Positions 56,690 to 64,000 of a stretch of DNA of 64,000 bases are shown one piece after another. Positions within the stretch are counted from its first letter, which is position 1, and each line of letters opens with the position of its first letter. The notes beneath the pieces were generated by a model. The model saw nothing but the letters and a program-made list of their open reading frames with translations. It ran no database searches and had not been told where the DNA came from. The position numbers and the translations under genes are program-made. Source of the stretch: Deltaproteobacteria bacterium (GTDB lineage Bacteria > Myxococcota > Kuafuiibacteriia > Kuafuiibacteriales > Kuafuiibacteriaceae); the NCBI GenBank assembly GCA_040218735.1, contig JAVJQW010000041.1, forward strand, positions 64,001-128,000. Reading direction: 5' to 3'.

Positions 56690-57475
56690 ATGCGCCGTGG
56701 TCTGATCCTCATCTTCGCGCTCACCGCGTGCGGCACGCTGTCGCCGCAGGCGCAGCGCATCAAGATGGTCAGCAAGCCGGAGACCCGCGACTGCCACTTC
56801 CTCTCCGTCGTCTACGGCGGCAAACAGGCGGGCGACCTCTTCCCGAAGAACACCGCGCTCGAGGCCGCCGCCGGCATGGGCGCGACCCACGCCGTCGAGC
56901 TGTACGACGGCGCAGGCAAGTACACCGCCGACGCCTACGACTGTAACCAGCGCCCCATCGCCGTCGCCGCGAAGGCGCCTCCGCCGCCGCCCGCGCCGAA
57001 GCCGGATCCTCAACCCGAGGTCATCGAAGCGTCGGCGGGGATGGCCGCGCCGCCGCCCGCGTCTCGCGGTCAGGACTGGGTCGTCGCCGTGATGAACGTC
57101 GAAGGTAAAGCCAGCGCGCTCGACGACCAGCTCCTCGTCAACGTCGGCAGCCAGCTCCGCATCACCATCGCGACGAAGGGCGTGCGCACGATCGATCGCG
57201 GCGCGCTCGAATCGCAGATCAAGGAGATGAAGGGGCAGAGCTACGACGCTTGTTACGACGACAAGTGCCAGATCGAGCTCGGCAAGGCCCTCGCCGCGAG
57301 CCACATCCTGCGCACGCAGGTCACGCGCTTCGGGCGCGTCTGTGTGCTGAATGGCGAGCTGATCGACCTGCGCGCCGAGGTCACCGTCGGCGCCGCGTCC
57401 GCCAAGGGCAACTGCACCGACGAAGGTTTCCTTGGCATGATCGATCGCGTCGCCGCGGACCTTGTGGGTTCCTGA
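56690..57475 (+). CDS. Lipoprotein, two domains joined by a Pro-rich linker (C-terminal CsgG/TolB_N-like)
   Basis: Lipobox LTAC; CYDDKCQIELGKALAA motif. Confidence 0.78.
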   Translation: MRRGLILIFALTACGTLSPQAQRIKMVSKPETRDCHFLSVVYGGKQAGDLFPKNTALEAAAGMGATHAVELYDGAGKYTADAYDCNQRPIAVAAKAPPPPPAPKPDPQPEVIEASAGMAAPPPASRGQDWVVAVMNVEGKASALDDQLLVNVGSQLRITIATKGVRTIDRGALESQIKEMKGQSYDACYDDKCQIELGKALAASHILRTQVTRFGRVCVLNGELIDLRAEVTVGAASAKGNCTDEGFLGMIDRVAADLVGS

Positions 57476-57504
57476 GTCGTCGGTTCCTGAGCCGTCGGCT
57501 CCCG
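57467..57504. repeat. 15-bp tandem repeat (2.5 copies)
   Basis: GGTTCCTGAGTCGTC GGTTCCTGAGCCGTC GGCTCCCG between convergent genes. Confidence 0.7.
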
Positions 57505-58083
57505 TTACATCGCGAGGAAGTTCTCGAGGATCTGCGGGCCCTCGGGGGTCCCGATCGACTCGGGGTGGAATTGCAGCCCGAACAGCGGGTGCGTTCGGTG
57601 CGCGAGCCCCATGATGATCCCCTCCGCCGTCCGCGCCGTCACGCGCAGGTCGTCGGGCACCGTCTCCGGATCCACGACGAGGCTGTGGTAGCGCATCCCG
57701 ACGATCGGAGACGGCAGCCCGGCGAGCACCCCGGTGCCGTCGTGTTCGATGGCGCTCGTCTTTCCGTGCCGGGGTTGCTCGCGGACGATCGACGCCCCGT
57801 AGACCGCGCCGATCACCTGGTGCCCTAGGCACACGCCAAGCGTCGGCACCCGGGGTGAAAGCGTGCGCACGAGCTCGGGACACACGCCCACGTACGCGGG
57901 GCGCGCCGGGTCGCCGGGGCCCGGCGACAGCACGAGGTGCGTCGGGTCGAGCGCGGCGATTGCGTCGACGGTGGTCTGGTCGTTCCTCAGCACCGTCGCG
58001 GCGGTCCCGGTGAGCTCACCGATCCGCTGGTAGAGGTTGAAGACGTAGGAGTCGTAGTTGTCGACGAGCACGACCCGCATCAC
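57505..58083 (-). CDS. pabA: Aminodeoxychorismate/anthranilate synthase component II (glutamine amidotransferase)
   Basis: DNYDSY, LSPGPG, LGVCLGHQ, RYHSL, QFHPES. Confidence 0.88.
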   Translation of the reverse strand: MMRVVLVDNYDSYVFNLYQRIGELTGTAATVLRNDQTTVDAIAALDPTHLVLSPGPGDPARPAYVGVCPELVRTLSPRVPTLGVCLGHQVIGAVYGASIVREQPRHGKTSAIEHDGTGVLAGLPSPIVGMRYHSLVVDPETVPDDLRVTARTAEGIIMGLAHRTHPLFGLQFHPESIGTPEGPQILENFLAM

Positions 58084-59543
58084 GTCGCCTCGATCGCCGC
58101 GAGGAGCGCGGCCGCTTTGTCGAGCGTCTCTTGGTACTCCTCCTCGGCGTCGGAGTCCGCGACGATCGCGCCGCCGGTGTGGAAGTGGATGCGCTCCTCC
58201 TCGACGATCATCGTGCGGATGACGATGCTGAGATCCGCGGCGCCGTCGAACCCGATGTAGCCGATCGTCCCGGAGAAGATGCCGCGCTTCGTCGGTTCGA
58301 GGCGGTCGATGATCTTCATCGCTTCGATCTTCGGCGCGCCGGTCATCGAGCCGGCGGGGAACGCGGCGCGGAGCACGTCGACGACGCCGAGGCCTTCGCG
58401 GAGTCGTCCGTGGACGGTCGACACCATCTGGTGCGTGAACGCAAACGACTCGATCGCCTGGAGGTCGTCGACGCCGATCGTTCCGAAGGCGCAGACACGG
58501 CCGAGATCGTTCCGCACCAGATCCACGATCATGATGTTCTCGGCGCGGTCCTTCTCGCTGTTTGCGAGCGCGGTTCTCAGCGCTTCGTCCTCCGCCGCCG
58601 TCGCACCCCGGGGACGCGTGCCCTTGATGGGGCGGCTCTCGACGCGGCCGTCGGTGTCGAGCGCCAAGAAACGCTCCGGCGAGGAAGAGACGACGGCGCG
58701 CTCCGGCGACTTCAGCAGCGCGGAGAAGGGCGCCGGGCTGATCGTCGCGAGGGCGTCGTACAGCTCGAGGGGGTCACGCCGCTGCGCCACCTCGAAGCGG
58801 TTGCTCGTGCAGACCTCGAAGGCGTCCCCCGCGCGGATGTGGTCCTTCACGGTCTCGACGACGCGCACGTACTCGGCGCGCGAGAGCACCGGCGCGACGC
58901 CGGCGTCGAGGAGGCGACGTTCGTCGAGGCGCCGCCGGTCGACGTTGATCGGCGGGCGCGTGGACACCGAGGCCGGCAGATCGGCGACCAGCGCGGCGCG
59001 GCGGGAGAGGGCGTCGTCCTCGGCGGCCTCGGGCGTGGTGCCGAACCCGTTCGCGACCACGTAGGCTTCGCGGGCGTCGAAGACCACGGCGTCGAGGAAG
59101 AGGCCGAGGTCGAGGTCGGGCGCGGGGCGATCGTCCCGGCCGAGATCGGGCACGTCCTCGATCGCGTACAGCACCTCGTACCCGATGTAGCCGACGAGGC
59201 CGCCGGTGAAGGGGAGCCCGCGCGTGTCGCCGCGTCGTTCAATGCGCGCGAAGCGCTCCGTCAGCGCGGCGAGTCGATCGAGGGGCGAGCCGTGCACGAC
59301 CGTCGAGCGCCCCGGGGGCCCCTCTTCGTAGCGGTTGCGTCGGCCGACGATGCGCCACGCGGGGGCCTTCGCGACGACGTGATGGCGGGCGAGGGGGTGG
59401 CTCGCGTCGGTGCTCTCCAGCACCACGAGGTGGTCCGCGTCGCGCCACGAGAACGCGAGGTCCCGCGCGGCCGCACACACGACGGGCTCGACGAGCCGGT
59501 GCAGGTACGGCGCGTCGAGGACCTCAGGAAGAGAAGACGTCAT
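58080..59543 (-). CDS. pabB: Aminodeoxychorismate synthase component I
   Basis: SSPERF, PIKGTRPR, KDRAENIMIVDLVRNDL, GSMTGAPK; start MTSSLP. Confidence 0.88.
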   Translation of the reverse strand: MTSSLPEVLDAPYLHRLVEPVVCAAARDLAFSWRDADHLVVLESTDASHPLARHHVVAKAPAWRIVGRRNRYEEGPPGRSTVVHGSPLDRLAALTERFARIERRGDTRGLPFTGGLVGYIGYEVLYAIEDVPDLGRDDRPAPDLDLGLFLDAVVFDAREAYVVANGFGTTPEAAEDDALSRRAALVADLPASVSTRPPINVDRRRLDERRLLDAGVAPVLSRAEYVRVVETVKDHIRAGDAFEVCTSNRFEVAQRRDPLELYDALATISPAPFSALLKSPERAVVSSSPERFLALDTDGRVESRPIKGTRPRGATAAEDEALRTALANSEKDRAENIMIVDLVRNDLGRVCAFGTIGVDDLQAIESFAFTHQMVSTVHGRLREGLGVVDVLRAAFPAGSMTGAPKIEAMKIIDRLEPTKRGIFSGTIGYIGFDGAADLSIVIRTMIVEEERIHFHTGGAIVADSDAEEEYQETLDKAAALLAAIEAT

Positions 59544-60207
59544 AGCCCGCCGCGGTCTTCGGGCGCGCCAGGCAGCGCTGCACCCACGGCTCGACGTTGG
59601 CGTACGACGCGTAGTCGAGGTGTTCCTCCGCCTTGTAGAACTCGATGCCGCGGACCCACGGGAACGTCGCGACGTCGGCGATCGTGTACGTGTCGCCCAC
59701 GAGGAACGGGCGGTCGGCGAGGCGTGCATCGAGGACGCCGAGCAGACGCTTGGTCTCCTTCGTGTAGCGCTCCTCGCCGTAGCTGTCGGTCTTGCCCTTC
59801 GCGAACATGTAGAAGTGACCGAACTGGCCGAACATCGGACCGACGCTCGCGATCTGGAACGCGAGCCACTGCAGCGTCTCCCATCGGCCGGCGGCGTCGC
59901 TGGGGATGAGCTTGCCGGTCTTCTCGGCGAGGTACTGAAGGATGACGGCGGACTCCATCAGCGCGATGGGTTCGTCGTTCGGTCCGTGCGGGTCGAGCAT
60001 CGCGGGGATCTTGGAGTTCGGGTTGATGCGCACGAACTCCGGATCGAACTGCTCGTCCTTCAGGATGTTGATCGTGTGGAGGTCGTAGGGCAGCTCCATC
60101 TCTTCGAGCGCGATGGTCAGCTTGCGCCCGTTGGGCGTGCCGAAAGTGTACGCCTGGATGTTGTCGGGGTTCTTGGCGGGCCAGCGGGAGGGGAAGGTTG
60201 CGCTCAT
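59524..60207 (-). CDS. Glutathione S-transferase (YfcG/YghU Nu-class)
   Basis: TPNG, INPNSKIP, ESAVIL, GPMFGQ. Confidence 0.92.
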   Translation of the reverse strand: MSATFPSRWPAKNPDNIQAYTFGTPNGRKLTIALEEMELPYDLHTINILKDEQFDPEFVRINPNSKIPAMLDPHGPNDEPIALMESAVILQYLAEKTGKLIPSDAAGRWETLQWLAFQIASVGPMFGQFGHFYMFAKGKTDSYGEERYTKETKRLLGVLDARLADRPFLVGDTYTIADVATFPWVRGIEFYKAEEHLDYASYANVEPWVQRCLARPKTAAGYDVFSS

Positions 60208-60252
60208 CGCCGCGGAGTCTTTCGCCGCGACGAATCCCCGGTCAAGGCGCGA

Positions 60253-61824
60253 TCAGAACCGCCCGGAGACGCCGAACAGCGCCGTCGGTCCGCCGTCGAG
60301 CGCCGCGTCGTCGAGCCCGTCGTCGTCGTCGAGCCAGAACCACACGCCGAGCCCGGTGCCGGCGGCGGCCACGCCGGCGCTGACGATCGTGCCGATGACG
60401 AGGCGGTCGTAACGCGCGGAGAGATCGATCGCGCGTTGTTGGATGTCGGTGGCTTCGAAGTCGCGTTTGGTCTTCGCCGCGTAGACGCCGAGCCCGACCG
60501 CCGCCGCCGTCGCCGCGGCGCCTACGCCGAACGCGATCCACGAGCGTAGCGGGGGGCCGTTGTCGGTGCGCTCGTAGACGACCGCGAGGTCGTCGGTCGG
60601 TACGGAGACCATGCCTTGGGAGTCGACGAAGCCGCGGTAGTACGTGCGTCCGTACGGCGCTGCGAAGAGCGCCTTGCGGTACGTGTGGTCGACGCCGCGC
60701 GACGCGACGGTGATGCGCTTGCGCTCGCGGAGGTCGAGGACGATCGGTTCGGCGCGGGAGAACAGCGGCAGCTCGAACGACGGTGTGCGGAGGAACGCCT
60801 TCGTCTTCGCGGGGAGCACGAAGCTCAAGCGCTCGCGCGGCGCGATGTGTGCGTCGAGGTAGCGCTGCCCGTTCTCGAGCTCGACGTGGAAGCGCCCGAG
60901 GTGCGTCGGGTCGCCGCGGACCTCGACGACGTCGCGCACCTGGTCGAGCGCGATCCACGCCGCGCGCCGGTGGATCGAAGGCGGGAGCGCGATGACGTTG
61001 GGTTTCGCGCGCGGATCGTCGACGCGGCTGTTGGCGCTGGAGACGAACGCGACGAGCTCGGAGTACTCGACCTGACGGTCACCGTTGACGTCGGCCGCGC
61101 CGAGCGCGCCGGAGAGGAGCTCGTGGGTGAACACACCGGATTCGATGCGTGACCATTCGTGAGCTTCGCGCCCCTCGGAGGTCGCGACGATCGCGCCGAC
61201 GTTCGGGAAGCGCGCGAGGGACCCGGACTCGATGACCGCGCGTGCCTCCGGCGCGGCGACGGCTTCGCGCTGGGCGTCGACCGTACGACCGAACGGGCCG
61301 CGCGCGCCGACCATCGCACCCGCGTTGCAGGCGTCGATCACCACGTGGACGACGGTGGCGGGCCAGCGCGCGAGGACACGATCGTAGAGGTGCTCGCGCG
61401 TGAGCAAGCCGTCTTGCAGGGCGAGGTACGGTGAGCCCTCGGGTGTCGACGCGCCGTGGCCGGAGAAGACGAGGTAGACGGTGGTGCGCTCGCCCTTGGC
61501 GTCCGTGATCGCGGCTTCGATCTGGCTGACGGCGCGTTCGAACGCTTCGACCGTCGGCGCCTGCGCGACGGAGGCGGCCTTCTCGTGGCGCTGCTGGGTG
61601 TCCTTGTCGAGCACCGACAGGAGCCACGCGTCGTCCGCGATACGGGAGAGGAGTTGGTAGAAACGCACCGCGTCGTCGTCCGCGAAGCGGAGCTGCTCGA
61701 GCGTCGTGTCGATCGTGGGCGGCGCGTTGTTGCCGACGACGAGCGCAAACGTCTTCGCGCTTGCGACGCGGGGGAGCAGCGCAATGAGGAGCACGAACAC
61801 AAACGGTGGGAGGAGGCGTCTCAT
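60253..61824 (-). CDS. Exported caspase-family (peptidase C14) protein with C-terminal hydrophobic helices
   Basis: Signal peptide; ALVVGNN, LRFADDDA, FSGHG, IDACN dyad; EF-hand-like DVNGDRQVEYSE. Confidence 0.88.
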   Translation of the reverse strand: MRRLLPPFVFVLLIALLPRVASAKTFALVVGNNAPPTIDTTLEQLRFADDDAVRFYQLLSRIADDAWLLSVLDKDTQQRHEKAASVAQAPTVEAFERAVSQIEAAITDAKGERTTVYLVFSGHGASTPEGSPYLALQDGLLTREHLYDRVLARWPATVVHVVIDACNAGAMVGARGPFGRTVDAQREAVAAPEARAVIESGSLARFPNVGAIVATSEGREAHEWSRIESGVFTHELLSGALGAADVNGDRQVEYSELVAFVSSANSRVDDPRAKPNVIALPPSIHRRAAWIALDQVRDVVEVRGDPTHLGRFHVELENGQRYLDAHIAPRERLSFVLPAKTKAFLRTPSFELPLFSRAEPIVLDLRERKRITVASRGVDHTYRKALFAAPYGRTYYRGFVDSQGMVSVPTDDLAVVYERTDNGPPLRSWIAFGVGAAATAAAVGLGVYAAKTKRDFEATDIQQRAIDLSARYDRLVIGTIVSAGVAAAGTGLGVWFWLDDDDGLDDAALDGGPTALFGVSGRF

Positions 61825-62426
61825 CGCACCTCAAGCTCGCGTCGCACGACGGTCACGCCCGGGCCGCCCGCGAGGTCGTCGCCGACGGCCGCTTCGATCT
61901 CGTCGCGGGTCATGGCGTCCTTGGTGAACACACCGAACACCGTGTACGCGCCGGCCGGGTGTTCGTCGCCGAGGCGGATGGCCGTGGCCACCACCGCGGT
62001 CTCGGCGCCCAGCGCGGCGGAGCGGGCGTCGGGGGCGGGGAGGTACCAGATGAACGTGCCGTCGGGGCGCTTCGCGAGCGCGGCGAAGTGCGGCGCACCC
62101 TCCGGCGGGCGCGCGTCGAACAGGAGCTTCGCGCCGGTGGTGCAGGGGCCGGTCTCGGCGCCGGTTACGCAGTGGGGACGCAAGACGGCTTCTTCGCCGC
62201 CGCGGCTGCCGAACTCACCGGAGTCGGGCAGCGCGACGAAGAGGAAGGCGGCGGCCGCCGCGGTCGCGATGCCCGACAGTGCCCCCCACGCGACGGGCCG
62301 CCGCCACCACGGACGCGGGGCGACGTCGCTCGCGATGCGATCGAACAGGGCCTCCGTCTCGAGGACGGAGGGTTCGTCGCGTCCCGAGAGCAATCGGGCC
62401 AGTCGGGCTGAATCCTCGCGCGTCAT
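61821..62426 (-). CDS. Putative single-TM anti-sigma factor
   Basis: Short N-terminal domain, PWWRR + TM, extracytoplasmic beta domain with two Cys; downstream of an ECF sigma. Confidence 0.7.
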   Translation of the reverse strand: MTREDSARLARLLSGRDEPSVLETEALFDRIASDVAPRPWWRRPVAWGALSGIATAAAAAFLFVALPDSGEFGSRGGEEAVLRPHCVTGAETGPCTTGAKLLFDARPPEGAPHFAALAKRPDGTFIWYLPAPDARSAALGAETAVVATAIRLGDEHPAGAYTVFGVFTKDAMTRDEIEAAVGDDLAGGPGVTVVRRELEVR

Positions 62427-62492
62427 GGTGCCTCGGTGGTCCCTACGTGAGGGACCTTCGGTTGGGCCGGTCGGACGGAGAAAAACATCGCC

Positions 62493-63101
62493 TCACCAGG
62501 AAAGTTGCCGCTCTTCCAGCCACTTGGCCAGCCCGGAGAGGGCGCGGCCCTCCAGCGTGCGGACGCGGCGGCGGGTGACGTTCATCCGGGCGGCGATGTC
62601 GGCCTGGGACAGCTCCTCCTCGAAGCGAAGCCGTACGAATTCGGCGAGCTCGGGGTCCTGGGCGGCGACGAACGCGCGGGCGGCCTCCGCGAGGCGTTTG
62701 AAGTCGAGCGCGGCTTCGGTGTCGTCGGGCTCGGCGGGGCGGAGGAAGGCGTCCTCGACGTCCTGACCGTCGTCGGGGTCGAGGGGGACCTCGCGACCGC
62801 TCTTGCGGGCGCGGTCGATGAGGACGTTGCGGGCGATGCGGCGGATGAAGGGGCCGTAGGGGCGAACGCCGTCATATCCCTTTCTGCCAGACTCGGAGAA
62901 CGCCTTGACGAAGACGTCCTGGGCGACGTCGAGCTGGGTCTCGGGGTTGGACTCACCCGGGATGCGTTTGCCGTCGACGGTGAAGCCGAAGCGCACGATC
63001 GCCACGACATCCTTCACGTAGGCGCGGTAGACGCGCTCCAGCGCATCTCGCTTCCCCGCACGGAACGCGTCGAGGAGCTCGCGATCCCGTTCCAGCTCCA
63101 C
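62493..63101 (-). CDS. ECF RNA polymerase sigma factor
   Basis: Region 2 DVAQDVFVKAF...IARNVLID; region 4 LRFEEELSQADIAARM. Confidence 0.92.
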   Translation of the reverse strand: MELERDRELLDAFRAGKRDALERVYRAYVKDVVAIVRFGFTVDGKRIPGESNPETQLDVAQDVFVKAFSESGRKGYDGVRPYGPFIRRIARNVLIDRARKSGREVPLDPDDGQDVEDAFLRPAEPDDTEAALDFKRLAEAARAFVAAQDPELAEFVRLRFEEELSQADIAARMNVTRRRVRTLEGRALSGLAKWLEERQLSW

Positions 63102-63151
63102 GGGCGGTCTTTAGCACGGCTCGTCTTCGGGGGCGCTATACTGGCCGGCGC

Positions 63152-64000
63152 ATGAAGCGGTGGTTGGCCGGAGCGTTCGTCCTCGCGTTTGCCTGTTCGG
63201 GCGGCGACACCCCGGCCGGCGGGTGCCGCTTCGACACCGACTGCGAAGGCGGCCAGCTCTGCTACGCGACCGAGTGTGTGCCAGCGACGCGGTTTCGTTG
63301 TGGCTCCGGTCGGGCGCCGGTCGCGACGGCCGAGCCGGCGTCGCTGGACTTCGGCGTGCTCGACGAGGCGCCGAAGACGCTCGACATCGTGGTCCGCAAC
63401 GAAGGGGACTGCATCCTTCAGATTCAGCAGTCCGAGGTCCGCGGGGACCCGCGTTTTTCGTGTGAGGGATGCTCGAGCTCGGAGCTCGTCGACGTGCCGC
63501 CGGACCGCACGGCGTCCTACAAAGTGACGATAGAACCCGGGCTGTCGGGGACGGTGACGGGTGAGCTGGTGTTCACGACCGACGACCCCGAAGCGACCGA
63601 GCTCGTGGTGTCGCTGACGGCGATGTCCGAGGGGCAGTCGCTCATGCGCGTCAGCCCGCTGGCGTTGGACTTTGGTTACGTGCCGGTCGGGGACTCGAAG
63701 ACGTTGGTGGTGCAGGCGATCAACGACACCGAGGGGACGGCGCAGCTGGAGATCGTGAACGCGTACCTCGATCCGTCGGACGGTGCGTTCTCGCTCACGA
63801 CGACGCCTTCGCTGCCGACGACGTTGGTCGCGGCGCGCGTGGATCCGGCGGCGCGCGCGGCGCTGGCGGTGACGTTCGCTCCAGGGATGGACGCCGCGCA
63901 CACGGCGAACCTCCGCGTGGTGCCGCGCAACGGGACGCCGATCGACGTGCCGCTGGTGGGCGCGGAGCTGCCGCCGGTGGTGATGTCGAACCCGGGTTCG
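63152..64000 (+). CDS. Partial lipoprotein with Cys motif and ASH/choice-of-anchor-D Ig-like repeats (not in ORF track; runs off the window)
   Basis: MKRWLAGAFVLAFAC lipobox; CRFDTDCEGGQLC; PASLDFG...VRNEG and PLALDFG repeats; no stop seen to the window end. Confidence 0.85.
   Translation, partial: MKRWLAGAFVLAFACSGGDTPAGGCRFDTDCEGGQLCYATECVPATRFRCGSGRAPVATAEPASLDFGVLDEAPKTLDIVVRNEGDCILQIQQSEVRGDPRFSCEGCSSSELVDVPPDRTASYKVTIEPGLSGTVTGELVFTTDDPEATELVVSLTAMSEGQSLMRVSPLALDFGYVPVGDSKTLVVQAINDTEGTAQLEIVNAYLDPSDGAFSLTTTPSLPTTLVAARVDPAARAALAVTFAPGMDAAHTANLRVVPRNGTPIDVPLVGAELPPVVMSNPGS

Overview
High-GC bacterial chromosomal window with a Myxococcota-like gene content: many lipoproteins with DAG/DGG linkers, a zinc-ribbon/TPR protein, and an ECF sigma-caspase cluster. 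About 55 CDS. No rRNA, tRNA, CRISPR array, transposase or integrase was recognised. Housekeeping and transport genes include gatCA, a UvrD/PcrA helicase, rpmI-rplT, pabAB-like genes, thioredoxin, a sigma54 two-component system facing a TolC-HlyD-ABC exporter, and a TetR-RND pump. The strongest candidate for an undescribed system is the tightly coupled operon at 1-6654. It holds two paralogous proteins that pair a shared unknown N-terminal domain with a catalytically degenerate ClpA/B-D2-like AAA+ module, an acidic hypothetical protein, and a remodelled PflX-like radical SAM enzyme. Other highlights: an orphan, divergent quinohemoprotein amine dehydrogenase gamma-subunit (QhpC)-like peptide at 46557-46874, hidden in a longer spurious ORF; a putative PD-(D/E)XK polymorphic toxin-immunity pair; an ECF sigma/anti-sigma/exported caspase module; a C6-homopolymer frameshift in the RND adaptor; and several cis-elements. 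All family assignments come from motif recognition by eye; no database searches were run.
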